Positions 51,661-63,814 of a DNA stretch of 64,000 bases are shown in pieces; the stretch's first letter is position 1, and each line of letters opens with the position of its first letter. This DNA comes from Proteromonas lacertae. Lineage: Eukaryota. The notes beneath the pieces are model-generated. The model searched no databases and had not been told where the DNA came from. It was given only the letters and a program-made list of their open reading frames with translations. A program made the translations under genes and the position numbers. Where the stretch lies: assembly GCA_002245135.1 (NCBI GenBank), contig NGBS01000874.1:248001-312000 (forward strand), given 5' to 3'.

Positions 51661-54600
51661 ATGTCGCAAAGGAAGGGTTTGACTAAAGAAGAATTACTCG
51701 CTCAAGCCAATCAAAAAAGAAAGGAAATGGAAGATAAGAAGAATCTTAGTAAATATCAAGTATTTGAGTAATTTGTTTTATTTTATGTTATAGATTATAA
51801 TATCAAAAATATACAGATCTTTTATAGTTAGAAAGAAATTTATTCGTTGTTATGTGGATGAATTCGACAAGAAATATAATGATATAATGAAACTGAAAGC
51901 TATGCTGAAAGACAAATTTCCATTTACTGAAGCATTAGTTCCTAAGTTGTATCCACCACTGCACTTTGCCTTAAATCGAATGAAGAAACTCAATTCCAAA
52001 GAAATCAATTGTTTATACAATATGACTGTTTTAATTGTATCAATATGTGAGAGTGCAGCAAAACTGAGTGATAGTTTTATTATGTTACTATATAAGCATG
52101 TAATATTCACTTTAAAAATGATGAACAAAAGTATTGATAATGAAGTTAGAAATACAAATTTAACAATGAAATTGAGAGATTTAATGAAGATATTATGTAA
52201 GAATAATACAACAGTAAAGATCAATTGGAATGATGTGTTTGAACTAGTTTATAGTTTATTAATTCCACATTTGAAATATAATAGAGAGTATAAATATTAT
52301 ATATTTATATTTCTGTTTAGTTGTTTGGTTTATGATGATATGAATTTAAGCCAAAAGTTATATTCTATTATCCACAGATCTAGTAATCTCAACAGATAAA
52401 AGTGATTGTTATTATAATTATATTCGTTTCATTTTATCATTACCATATTCACTCTCAATCTCATCAATTGATTTGAAAGTATTATTATGTAATAAAATAT
52501 ATTATAATAATATAATAACAACAATTCTATTGAATTCACCAGTTTTACCATCACATATATATTATGACTCACCTTCCAGTATATGGTTATTAGGTAATCT
52601 TTCTTTGTTATGGAGTTATCAATCAAAAATGAATATTCCATTTAATATTTTATTCCAAACACTTCAAGTAATTATGTTGTATATGAATTACTATCCAGCC
52701 ACTACAATTGTTAATAATTATATTGAAATACATTTGAATAAAAACACTTCTTCGTTTGTTAAATATCCTGAATTATTTTGTAATCAATTATCATTTATTA
52801 ATGATATAAATGGAAATATTAGAAATTTAATGAAGAGTTTTATTCCTTCTGATTTTATACCAACTGAATTGAATGATTATATTAATAGTAAGAAAGAAGC
52901 AGGAACTATAAAGAAAATATATAATTATTTCAAATCATTATTTTCTAATTCTGATGATGATGATAGTGGTAGTGATAAGAATAAAAAAGAAAGTGTTTTA
53001 TCCAATGAAACAACTAATACAAGAAATACTGTTGCTAATCAAACAAATAACCATACAGCTGTGATCACTAAAGAAACAATAAGTCAATTGGAAGTATTAG
53101 TTCAATAGTATATATATATTTATATATTTATTATTATGATTTAGTTTGTATATATTATTTAAAGAGTATATGAATGATTCTTCAAGATATATTCCATTGA
53201 TTAAAATCACTACTTTCACTGTACCAACTGTTCCTTATTTCTTACACATTCTAACCAATTACATTTCAATAAATAAATCCGTTTTACCAAAATGGAAAAC
53301 GAATAAAAATGTAATAATAAGTTGGGAATATTATATGATTTGTATTTTATCTGAGACATTTCGTCATATGTTATATACAATTGAACCAAATGATATTTCA
53401 ACAGATACAACCACAACAATTATACCAATATCACAAGTAATTGAATTTATTACATTTCAAAAGGATTTTTTATTATTTGAAGTATGTGATGTTGATCAAA
53501 GATTTTATACAAACAGAAACAAAACATATTTTAATGTTATTTAAATTGTTTTTGAGAAGTATTTATGATTTTAATACCAAATATTGTAAATGATTCTGTT
53601 TGGAGTGGTTTTAATAAGAAATTTGATGTGATAAAATCATATTATTTCACAGCTTCACCAGTATTCTTATTTATTTATCTATTTTTATTCTTTATATATA
53701 TATAGAATCCTATTTCTTCATTAATTCACGAATTACCATTTCTCATTCCAATTAAAGATCGATTAGAACTATTTAGTGAATATTACAAAGTAGAAAGAGA
53801 AAATAATCGTCGATTAGAATATACATTATATATCCATAGAAACTACTTCTTTGAAGATGGATTAAGATCTTATTCTCAATTATTAAAAGCAATAAAAGGT
53901 CATATTCGAGTATCATTTATTGCAGAAGATGGACATGAGGAAGTAGGTGTAGATATGGGTGGATTATTCAAAGAATATTTAACGGAATTATCTAAAATTA
54001 CATTTACACAATCTTATGGTTTATTCAGTGTAACAGATGATAATTTATTATATCCAAATCCGTTGAGTGATAAATTATTTGGCTCGAATCATTTGGAAGT
54101 ATTTAAATTCTTAGGTATGATATTAGGAAAAGCAATTTATGAAGGTATTACTATTCAACCACAATTTGCATTATTCTTCCTTCGTCAAATGTTAAGTAAA
54201 CCAATCAGATTGAATGATTTGAATTTAATGGATAAACAGTTGTATGATAGTTTGAATAAGATTAAGTTTTATGAAGGTGATATTAGAGATTTGTGTTTAA
54301 CATTTTCTATGGCTGATGAAGGTGGATTTATTCATGACATTGTATTTATTTTTTATATCATTTTTTATATCATTTTTTAGATTCCAAATGGTTCAAATAT
54401 CGAAGTAACAAACTCCAACAAATTACAATATATTCGTGAAGTAATAATTTATAAGTTATGTAGACAAATCAAACCACAATGTGATGCATTTCTCTCAGGT
54501 TTAACCACTGTAATATCTAAAGATATGATTTCTATGTTTAGTGCAATAGAATTTCAAACACTAATATCAGGTTCAACAAATGTTATTGATTTAGATGATT

Positions 54601-55003
54601 TAAAGAAACATACTCAATATAGTGGTGGATATTTCCCTTATAGTTCTGCTGTTAGAGTATATAATATATAATGATTATGTTTGTTTATAGTTATTTTGGA
54701 AAGTTATGTATAAATTACCTCAAAATGATGTTTTAAGTATTATTCGATTTGTTACATCGTGTGAAAGATCTCCTCCTTTAGGTTTTTCACAATTAACACC
54801 TTTATTTACTATACATTATGTTCCACTAGGGAGAGGTGAGAAAAGATTACCAACTGCTTCAACATGTTTTAATATGTTGAAATTACCTGATTATTCATCG
54901 TATATATTTGTAATATGTTATTTAATTGTTTAATAGAGAAAAAGAAATGAGAGAAATGCTATTATTAGCTGCTCAATCCAAGAGTGGGTTTGAAATGTCT
55001 TAA
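51661..55003 (+). CDS. HECT E3 ubiquitin ligase, UBE3B/UBE3C (Hul5)-like
   Basis: E.G+DMGGLFKEYL, FLGMILGKAIYEGI, RFVTSCERSPPLGF, RLPTASTCFNMLKLPDY and terminal GFEMS; N-terminal KEELLAQANQKRKE. Confidence 0.88.
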
Positions 55004-55100
55004 TTTATATGAATTATCTCTTATATTCTTTATTATTATATCCCTAATAAACACATAATAAATAATAATATTGATATATAAAATAATGATTTTATTCTCT

Positions 55101-56443
55101 TTATACAAGTGCAGATTGTTCTGTACAAGCTAAACCATAAAATCCAGTAAAACAATTACATAATCCAGTTGATTGGTCACATATACCATTGTTACTACAG
55201 GGTAATGGTGGAAGACTCTCAGAATAGGCATATAGAAATATCAGAAGATAATGTATCATATGCAAGACAATAATCATCAGATGTTAAACTGTCACAAGTG
55301 GATGAATTTTCTTTCTTTCCTTGTAATTTATATGATTCACAAGTATCAATTTCCATTATTATTATCTACATAAATTCAAGATCTTCACTTCTCATTCCAT
55401 GATAACCACTTACTGTAGTTGAAGACACAGCGTATTTCTCTTCAGTATCAGTCAATATTGGCTCCTGTTATTATTCTAATTTGTTCTTGTCTTCCTGTTT
55501 GTTGAGATCCAAATGTTAAAGTTACTGTATATGTGTTTATCACCAACATACTTTACATTCTGCTTTAACATCAATTACACCAATAGCAAATGTTTGTAAT
55601 GCTTCTGTCCCATCCTAATACTGTAGTATATGGAGGCAGAAACTTTGTTATCAGTAATTTTTCTCCACATTTATAATCTTTTGATTGTTTTGTTGCACTA
55701 AAATGTTGTGAATACCATACTCTACCTAATTGATCTTTATATTCTAAATAAGCCATTGAATTAGTTTCGGTATTACTCATTAGCAAGTGTAAATTCTATA
55801 GTTTCAGTGTATTGTGCTGGAGCATCACAATCACTAGTTGGGAAATAACCAGTTGGACATTTCTTTTGACTACAATCATATCCTTCATATTCACTATCGC
55901 ATAAACAGGCAAAACTTTGCTCTTGATCCCAATGATCATAATTATATATATTTGGAAGTGTAGTTCCTTTTTTCCATTTCTCATAAAATCCATAATTCAT
56001 AGAAACTTGTGCTTTTTCATCAATAGTTAAAAATTTGACTGGAGTACATACACCATGACCACTACATCCATTAGGACAGGATTGTCTCTGGCAAGCTGTT
56101 CCTTCATATCCTGGATAACACTGACATAAACCACTAGTTCTATCACATTCACCTTGTCCTGAACATTCCAAATATGAACGATCATCACCTGATTTGTTAG
56201 GATTCTGACCTTCTGGTTTTTCATCGTTAATTTCTGGCTGAACATATGGATTATCATATGGACATGTTCCTAAAGTATAAATATAATTTTTAAAATAATA
56301 TACTGGCTGAGCAATCACCTTCTGTCCATCCTGGGTAACATATACAACTACCACTTCTACTACATGTACCATGTCCACTGCATAGATTAGGACATGCAGC
56401 AAGAGAATAGGCTTATTAAAAATATCAACAATAAACCCTTCAT
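55101..56443 (-). CDS. Secreted EGF-repeat protein of the stramenopile tubular mastigoneme (Mas/Sig1/Ocm1) type, paralog A; several frameshifts
   Basis: Signal peptide, [54 protein letters not shown]...[16 protein letters not shown], terminal [25 protein letters not shown]. Confidence 0.7.
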
Positions 56444-56689
56444 TTCTCAAAAAATACTTCAAATACGTTGTCTCAAGCCAAACTTTTTGATGTGAGGCTT
56501 ATTTTCATTTTAAGTTTAATTCATCATATACGATCATCCATACAATTATTAAATCAATATTCATTAATATTATTGCTCATCAATCATTATGTAACATAGA
56601 AATCTTAAATAAATAAATCTTGATTAAAATCACAAAAACAACTAATAGTATAAGAAAAACTGTATTTAATTTTTCTTAGATTTAAATTG

Positions 56690-58247
56690 ATTAATTAATT
56701 TCTCATCACAACTGTTAAACAACACTTGACTTGGAGTATCAATAGAATGAGCATATTGTCTTCCTTTCTTACCCCACACACTTCTTCTATTCCAATATCC
56801 ATTACCATTCTTATGACAGCAAATCTGGAAAACAGTGGAACTACCTTGAGCAGCAATACATACACTCCAATGCTAAGAAAAATTCCCATAATCTATTGAT
56901 TTTATCAGGAACTACTTCCTTAATCTTCTCTTGATTCTTCTTCCAGTTTTCATACCAATATTCAATAGTTCTAGCTGTATTGTACACCCATTGTATCAAC
57001 ACTATCAATCTCGAATCCAGCTCTCTCTAATTGAATAATGGGGAAGAATAATGGGCAAGAAGCATCAGCACCAGGGAATATATATCTTCCCATAAACATA
57101 CCCCAAACTAAATCTTCCCATTGCCAAGCATATCTCAAGCCTGCGATTTGTAAGAAAAATGTTCCATCATCTTCCAATAGATCATAGACCTGTTCACAGA
57201 ATTTGTGGAATCTTACTACACCTACATGTTCAGCCATTTCTAAACAAGTGATTTTGTTGTATTTCTGGTCTTTTGGAATATCTCTGTAATCCATCAATAA
57301 AAATCTACATTTGTCACTAACACCTGCTTCTTTTGCTCTTTCTACTGCCCAATCTCTACCTTCTTTAGCAATTGTTACACCTGTTGCTTGACATCCATAA
57401 TTTTTTGAAGCATTCACAGCTAAAGTTCCCCATCCACATCCAATATCTAATAATTTATCAGATTCTTTTAATTGGATCTTTTCTGCCACTATATCGAGTT
57501 TATGTTGTTGCATTTCTTCTAAAGTATCATCCAATGAATAAGCTACTCCTGAGGTGTATACCATCATTGGGCCAAGGAAATAATAGTAAAAATCATCTAC
57601 TATAAAACATAATAAATAGTAATATATATACTTCCTCTGTTGTAATTATAAGCAATTTGGTTATAATCTTGAGATTTTGTGTGCATTAATCCATCAGGTA
57701 ATAACATTCCTAAGAAATATCTGATGTGGTTTGTAGTAAGACGGAAATTCATGAATTCTTCACGGTGTTTGAAAGATTCTAACATATCTTTCTTAAATGA
57801 TACTTGACCGTCTATGTACAATTCATGTAATGTGTCAGCAGCAATGGTTTGATTTCTGTACTTTTCTTCAAGGTTCTTATCTTTGAACTCAAGATATTCA
57901 AGTGTTTTACCTGGTATTGTTGCGTTTTGCATCATAGATAAAACAACCATGTAACATGCAAAGATTGGTACAAAGTAGAGTAAATACATGATTGGGAAAC
58001 ACCACCACCAGAGATGTAACACACGAACAGTGCTAAATGCACAGATTACATCAACAGCAATGATGTATTTCCAAGAGAAGCCTTTCCAATGCATGAAATC
58101 ATTAGCAAGGACGTAAGGGGATTTAGGAAATTCGTTTGAAGACCTATGGAATTATAAACTGAACAATAAGAGAATAAAAGTAAATTGCAAACAGTACATC
58201 CAAAACACAATAAAAAAGGTTGATAATAAAGATAAATAAACATACAT
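56690..58247 (-). CDS. Sphingolipid C9-methyltransferase-like protein (cyclopropane fatty acyl synthase superfamily)
   Basis: N-terminal membrane segment, YNRG|DDFY..FLGPMMVYTSG, LLDIGCGWGTL, ITCLEMAEHVG, FLQIAGLR.AWQWEDLVWGMFMGRYIFPGADASCPL. Frameshift at about 56973. Confidence 0.82.
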
Positions 58248-58568
58248 GATAATACAAACAAAACAAGCTTAGATCCAAGCCTCATTTCATTCTAACCTAT
58301 TTTTTTTTCAAGCGAAGTAATGGTCAATAGATGATTAAAAATAACTGAGTGTTTTTTATGATATAAATAAAGTAGAATAAGACGTTTTAATTATAGTCAA
58401 AAGATTATTACTGTACATTCTGAATATCTCTAGCTTTCTTTTTTATATAAAACTATATCATCTAATTAATCTATTCATCACTATTTATGTATTAAATTTC
58501 GATTGTTAAGTTCAAAAAAAGATCATAAAAATTGAAACAAAAATAAAGATCGCAAAAATGCAGCAATT

Positions 58569-58631
58569 TGATTGGGCCACTTTTTCTTTTCATCCAATCA
58601 AAAGAAAGAAGTCTCTGCAGATTCACGTGAA
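58569..58631. promoter_or_regulatory. Inverted CCAAT boxes and an E-box palindrome upstream of the p300/CBP-like gene
   Basis: TGATTGG 58569-58575, CCAATCA 58594-58600, TTCACGTGAA 58622-58631. Confidence 0.4.
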
Positions 58632-58810
58632 AATGCGAAACGGTTAATTTAATATATAAAGTCTATTTAAATTCTCATTATTCAAGATTTTTTATTTGAA
58701 GTGAAATTTCAAACGTGTCTTTAAAATTCTTTATTTTTTTATAGTTATTTTTTAAATTTTAATAGTCCCCAAAAGACATATTACCTAAGTACATAATAAT
58801 AAACCATTTT

Positions 58811-61599
58811 ATGGAATATACTTCTGACGATTCAAATGAAACTGAAACTGGAAGCCCTTGCGATATAACCTCAATGAACATTGCAATCAAAAGAAAACTG
58901 TCAATAGACGAAGAGTTACCCAAACGAATCCGTTTAGATAGCTCAGAGAGTTTATCTCTCACCACTTCATCCTATAATTATGAAACAAATTGGATCATCG
59001 ATTATTTAGGCTCAGTAGCATTGTCAACACATTTAAACAATCTTACAATACGAAGAGTACAATTATCAATGATTCCAGTTCTCACATCACTTATACAGTA
59101 CAAAGATAATAAAGATGTATTTAACTCACCAGTAGATGTTGAAGAAATGGGTATACCTGATTATTTCGACGTAATCAAGAATCCTCAAGATCTAGGCACA
59201 ATTAGAAGCAAATTAATTAGTGGTTATTACATCTCACCAACACCAGTAATAAATGACATACGAACTGTTTTTTCAAACGCAATGATTTATAATCCACCTC
59301 AACATCCAATAAATCAACTAGCAAACAAGATGTCCAAGATATTTGAATATGAGCTTAAGAGAATAGTAGTACGATTAAAGACAAATGACAAACAACTGAT
59401 AGAACATTCATGTGAATTATGTGAAGGTAAAATGTGTTTCCTTTGTGGTGATAAGTGTTTGAAATACTGCCCACCAGTCATATACTGTGATGGTCCCTGT
59501 ATGCAGAGAATATTGCGTAATTCATACTATTATACAGTAAAAGGAAAGAAAGGTAGATGGTGTGTAAAATGCCAGCCAAAAATGTTACATGGATTAACAA
59601 AGGAAGAAAGAAAAACGAAATTAACAAAGCATAAGAATGATCAAATAGAAGGAGAGCCTTGGATTCAATGTAGTAATTGTAAAAGATGGCTACATCAAAT
59701 CTGTGGATTATATAATAAGAAATGTCAAAATAATAAACCCTATATCTGTCCAGTGTGTAGATTAGATCAACCTGAGACAAGATTATTAGATGATAAATAT
59801 GGTAATGAAAGCACAATACATTATAACGAATGGAAAGGCGCATTAGAACTACCAGAAACACCACTATCTAAGATAATAGAATCAGCAGTAAAGAAGAGAA
59901 TAATTAGTGAATATAAGAAGAATAATAGAAAAGATCTATCGACAGATAATAAAGAAGCAACAGATCAACAGATTCAAAGTGTATTAGATTCAATAGCAAT
60001 CAGAGTAGTGAGTAATAAAGATGAAACTATTGATATTATACAACCATTACAGATATATTATGGTGGAAGTCCAACAACAACACCATCTAATAATAATACA
60101 AATACAAAGAAGAAAGTTCAATTAAAAGGTAAATGTAAAGTTATATTATTATTCCAAAGATGTAGTGGTATTGATATATTATTATTTGCATTATATGCGA
60201 GAGAATATGATTCATCAATACCAAAACCAAATACAAACTGTGTTTATATATCAGTACTTTAGATTCTATTCATTTTTTGAAACCTCCATTTTTACGAACA
60301 CCCATTTATCATACAATATTAACATCTTATATTGGTTACACACGTAGTTTAGGTTTTACCAGTTGTAGAATATGGACTTGTCCACCAACAAGAGGTGATG
60401 ATTATATATTCTATGACCATCCAAAAGAACAACGAACACCAACGCCTCAAAGACTATTACAGTGGTATAAATCAATGTTAGATGAATGTATGAATGAAGG
60501 TAATGTTTATTCAATCACAACACAATATGAAATGATGAAAGAATCATTATTCTGGAGAGAACCTTCAACTACATTCAATCAATCTAACTCTATGACTGCC
60601 AATCTCAATAATACATTAGTTGCTTCTATAATGAGAGTATTACCTTATTTTGATGGTGATTATTGGCCTGTAGTTGTTTCACAAATAGCATCTGATATGA
60701 AGGAGAATAGACCATATTGTAAACCAAAGAAAATTAATAGAAAACCAACTCCAACTGCAAGTATTAATAATACATCATCATCATCAACAACAACAACTAA
60801 TAGGAATAAGACCAATAATAATAGTGTATCTAAAATGAATATAAATAATAATGAAGAAGAAGAAGATGATGATGATGAAGAAGAAAATGATGAATTATAT
60901 GATGGTAGTGAATCAACAACCTCCAGTAAAACTAATAATAATAACAACAATCAAATAGACAGTTGTTTTAATAATTTACCAATATTAATAAAGAAATTCA
61001 TTGAAAGAATGTTACCACAGAAAGATCGATTCATTGTAGCCCATTTAGTACCTTACTGTCGATGTTGTGGTGTATATATTAATAATGGATTTATCTACAA
61101 GTGTCATATATGTGATAATAATAAGATTCACTATGATATATGTGAAGATTGCTTTACTCATCATTATTATAAACATCAACATCATTCCAATGTATTTGTT
61201 AAAACAGAATTACGAATTACACAAAATAATACAGTAGTTAATGCATCTAATATAGTAAATCCATTATTATCACCAACACTTGAAACACTAGAAGATCCAG
61301 AACCATATAGATCATCACCAATTATAGATAATAGACATACTTTCTTAAGAGTATGTCAAGGTAATCATTTACAATTTGATACACACAGACATGCTGTTTA
61401 TTCTACATTGATGATATTGTATTTATTCTCCAGTAAGAAATCACAATTGACAGTTCGAACTTGTGATAAATGTTTATTATCAATGGATGGTAAAAGATGT
61501 TATACTTGCAAGACTTGCAATGATTTTGATTTATGTGATGAATGTTATCAAGAAGAAGGACATGAACATCAAATGGAATTAGTTGATTTGAATATCTAA
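58811..61599 (+). CDS. p300/CBP-type histone acetyltransferase (bromodomain, RING, PHD, KAT11 HAT, ZZ fingers)
   Basis: IPDYFDVIKNPQDLGTI, RWLHQICGL, IWTCPPTRGDDYIF, RLLQWYKSML, PYFDGDYWP, FLRVCQGNHLQFDT, DFDLCDECY. Frameshift at 60253-60262 in the VYISYLDS motif. Confidence 0.92.
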
Positions 61600-61898
61600 A
61601 AGAAGAAAAAAAACTCAAACAAAAAAAAAAGAAGTAGAAAAAAGTCTATAAAAAACAAATAAAAATTTATAAACCATTTTACAATCAAAGAATCATCAAA
61701 ACACACTTACATACACACACAAATATATATACATATATATAAAAAAACTCAATGACAAATCCCTTCCTCATCCTTAACCCTAATTCCTTCTTAATACCAT
61801 TTTCCTAATTTAGTTTTGTACTTTTATGAATTCTGTGTATTTTTTATTTTTAAAAATGTGTTTAATTAAACAAATACAATAATAAAATAAATTATAAT

Positions 61899-63110
61899 TT
61901 AAACAGCTTCACTAATTTCAGAACAAGATATTCCTGTAAAACCACTAAAACATTCACAAGTTCCTGTTGCTTTATTACATATACCACTACTACTACAAGA
62001 TGTTGGTGATACTCCACTCAAACTATTCGTATTTCAACATCTGTCTTTACATATGGAGCCAAAACCAGGAAATGATTCTAATTCTTCTGAAGACATACCA
62101 TGATAATCTTTTGTAGTTTTATATTTACCATTTACTCATCATCTAAATCTCCTTATGTAATTAATTTTATTTGCTTTTGTCTTCCTGATATTTGATCTAA
62201 ATTTATTGTCATTGTACATGTATATACATCATTTCCTCAGTTTTATTATCACATTTTAATTCAGTTTTATCATCCTATAATGGCAATTACACCAACTGGT
62301 AATCTTAACAATGCTTCTTTCCATCCTAACATAACAGTTTCTTTAGTAATTGAATTATCACCTTTACTTTGTTTAATTACACAAAATGCATCACTATACC
62401 AAACTCTACCAAAATAATCTGTATATTCTAAATAAGCCATACATGGTTCTTTATCCTTACCATCTTTACTATATGAAAATTCTATTGTCTGTGGTGGATC
62501 TGATGGAGCTTCACAATCTGATGTTCTAACAAATCCAGTAGGACATTTTCCTATTAATGATTATAAATACAATAAATATTCAATACTTTCACTACAATCA
62601 ATACCTGTATATTCTTTATCACATACACAAGCAGTTGCTTGAGATTCTGTAATTTCGTTGTTTGTATAGGAAGTTTCATTAAGAGAAGCTTTGATATTAA
62701 GTGAATCATATTGTACACCTAAATATTCTATTGGATAACAATAACCATGACCACTACAATCGTTTGGACATTTCATTCTTTGACAAGCATTGCCATTATA
62801 TCCAAGATAACATTCACATAAACCTGTCTGACGATTGCAAGATCCTTGACCACTGCATTCTAAATAGAATGTTACATCATCACCTTCATTCACTTGTTCT
62901 GCTCCTGCCACTGAGAAAGATTCTCCATAAGGACATGTACCTATAATAAATATTTCTAAAGATTGATATACGTAGGGAACAGTCGCCTTGCATCCATCCA
63001 GGATAACAAACACACGAGCCAGTCTCGCATGTACCATGCCCACTACATAGATTTGGACAAGAGAGAGATATAACCTTATAAATGCATATTAGTAGCAAAA
63101 AAACCTTCAT
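61899..63110 (-). CDS. Mastigoneme-type EGF-repeat protein, paralog B; several frameshifts
   Basis: MKVFLLL...[68 protein letters not shown], terminal [25 protein letters not shown]. First intron is at the same position as in paralog A. Confidence 0.7.
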
Positions 63111-63208
63111 AGTAAAACAACGTAAAGAGTTGTGTAATTTACATTGTGACTGTATTTTTAATTTGAAAATAGATTCGTTTCTATTTTTTTCATTTCTTTT
63201 TATATTAA

Positions 63209-63814
63209 ATGGATGATGGTTATAATTATCTACCGTGGTATCATAGAGCTTTTGATGAGGGATTCTTCAGATTGAAATCTTTTATTGATAAATCAGAAGA
63301 AAGTCCTTGGAGGAAAGCAATTTTATCAGGAATTTTTGGTATAATATGTAATTATTATGATTGTAGGAAGTTTTGCTGGTGTTGGAATGGGTTTATTCTT
63401 TGGAACTTTCGAAGGAGCTCATGGCGATATTATAGGCAGTACAAGTTATGAGAGAATAAAATATGCATCTAAAAGATTGTTAAAAATATGTTGGAGAATG
63501 AGTTATCGATACGCTTATGTATTAATTCAAAATATCATATTAAATAGAATTTTGGTATAGCTGGTGGAGCATTTGCATATGTAGATTGTAAATTAGCAAT
63601 GGCAAGAGGAATAGATGATTATCTAAACACATATGCTGCTGGAGCAATATCTGGAGCATTTTTTGGTATTATACCAAAATTACATCGTATAAATACGCTT
63701 GGATTAGCTGCTATTCTTAGAAGTGGTTTATATGGTAGTTTTGGGTTTGCTTTTACTGCTATGGCATTTACTTTTGGAATGGAATATTTACATGAAAGTA
63801 AATTGAAGAAATGA
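63209..63814 (+). CDS. Tim17/Tim22/Tim23 family inner-membrane translocase, Tim22-like
   Basis: Gly-rich TM segments [27 protein letters not shown]...[16 protein letters not shown] and GSFGFAF. Confidence 0.8.

Noticed and set aside
24230..57000. Euplotes-like programmed +1 frameshifting at stop codons as a general rule
   Set aside because: In GET3 (EVRG) and mastigoneme paralog A (CPNLC, GWTEAL) conserved residues need the shift several codons before the stop. Closeness to stops is expected in AT-rich DNA, so sequencing insertions explain the pattern more simply.
60253..60262. 9-nt GT-AG micro-intron (gtactttag) in the p300-like gene
   Set aside because: Removing it does not restore the frame, whereas deleting two single bases restores the conserved VYISYLDS.
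61758..61812. C-rich tract containing TAACCCTAA
   Set aside because: A single telomere-like unit in a 3' spacer, with no tandem array.
4804..62946. Numerous antisense and off-frame ORFs in the track (e.g. 6262-6531, 13766-14221, 24765-25148, 30101-30601, 50629-50964)
   Set aside because: Shadows of low-complexity or conserved coding sequence on the opposite strand or in another frame, with no independent motifs.
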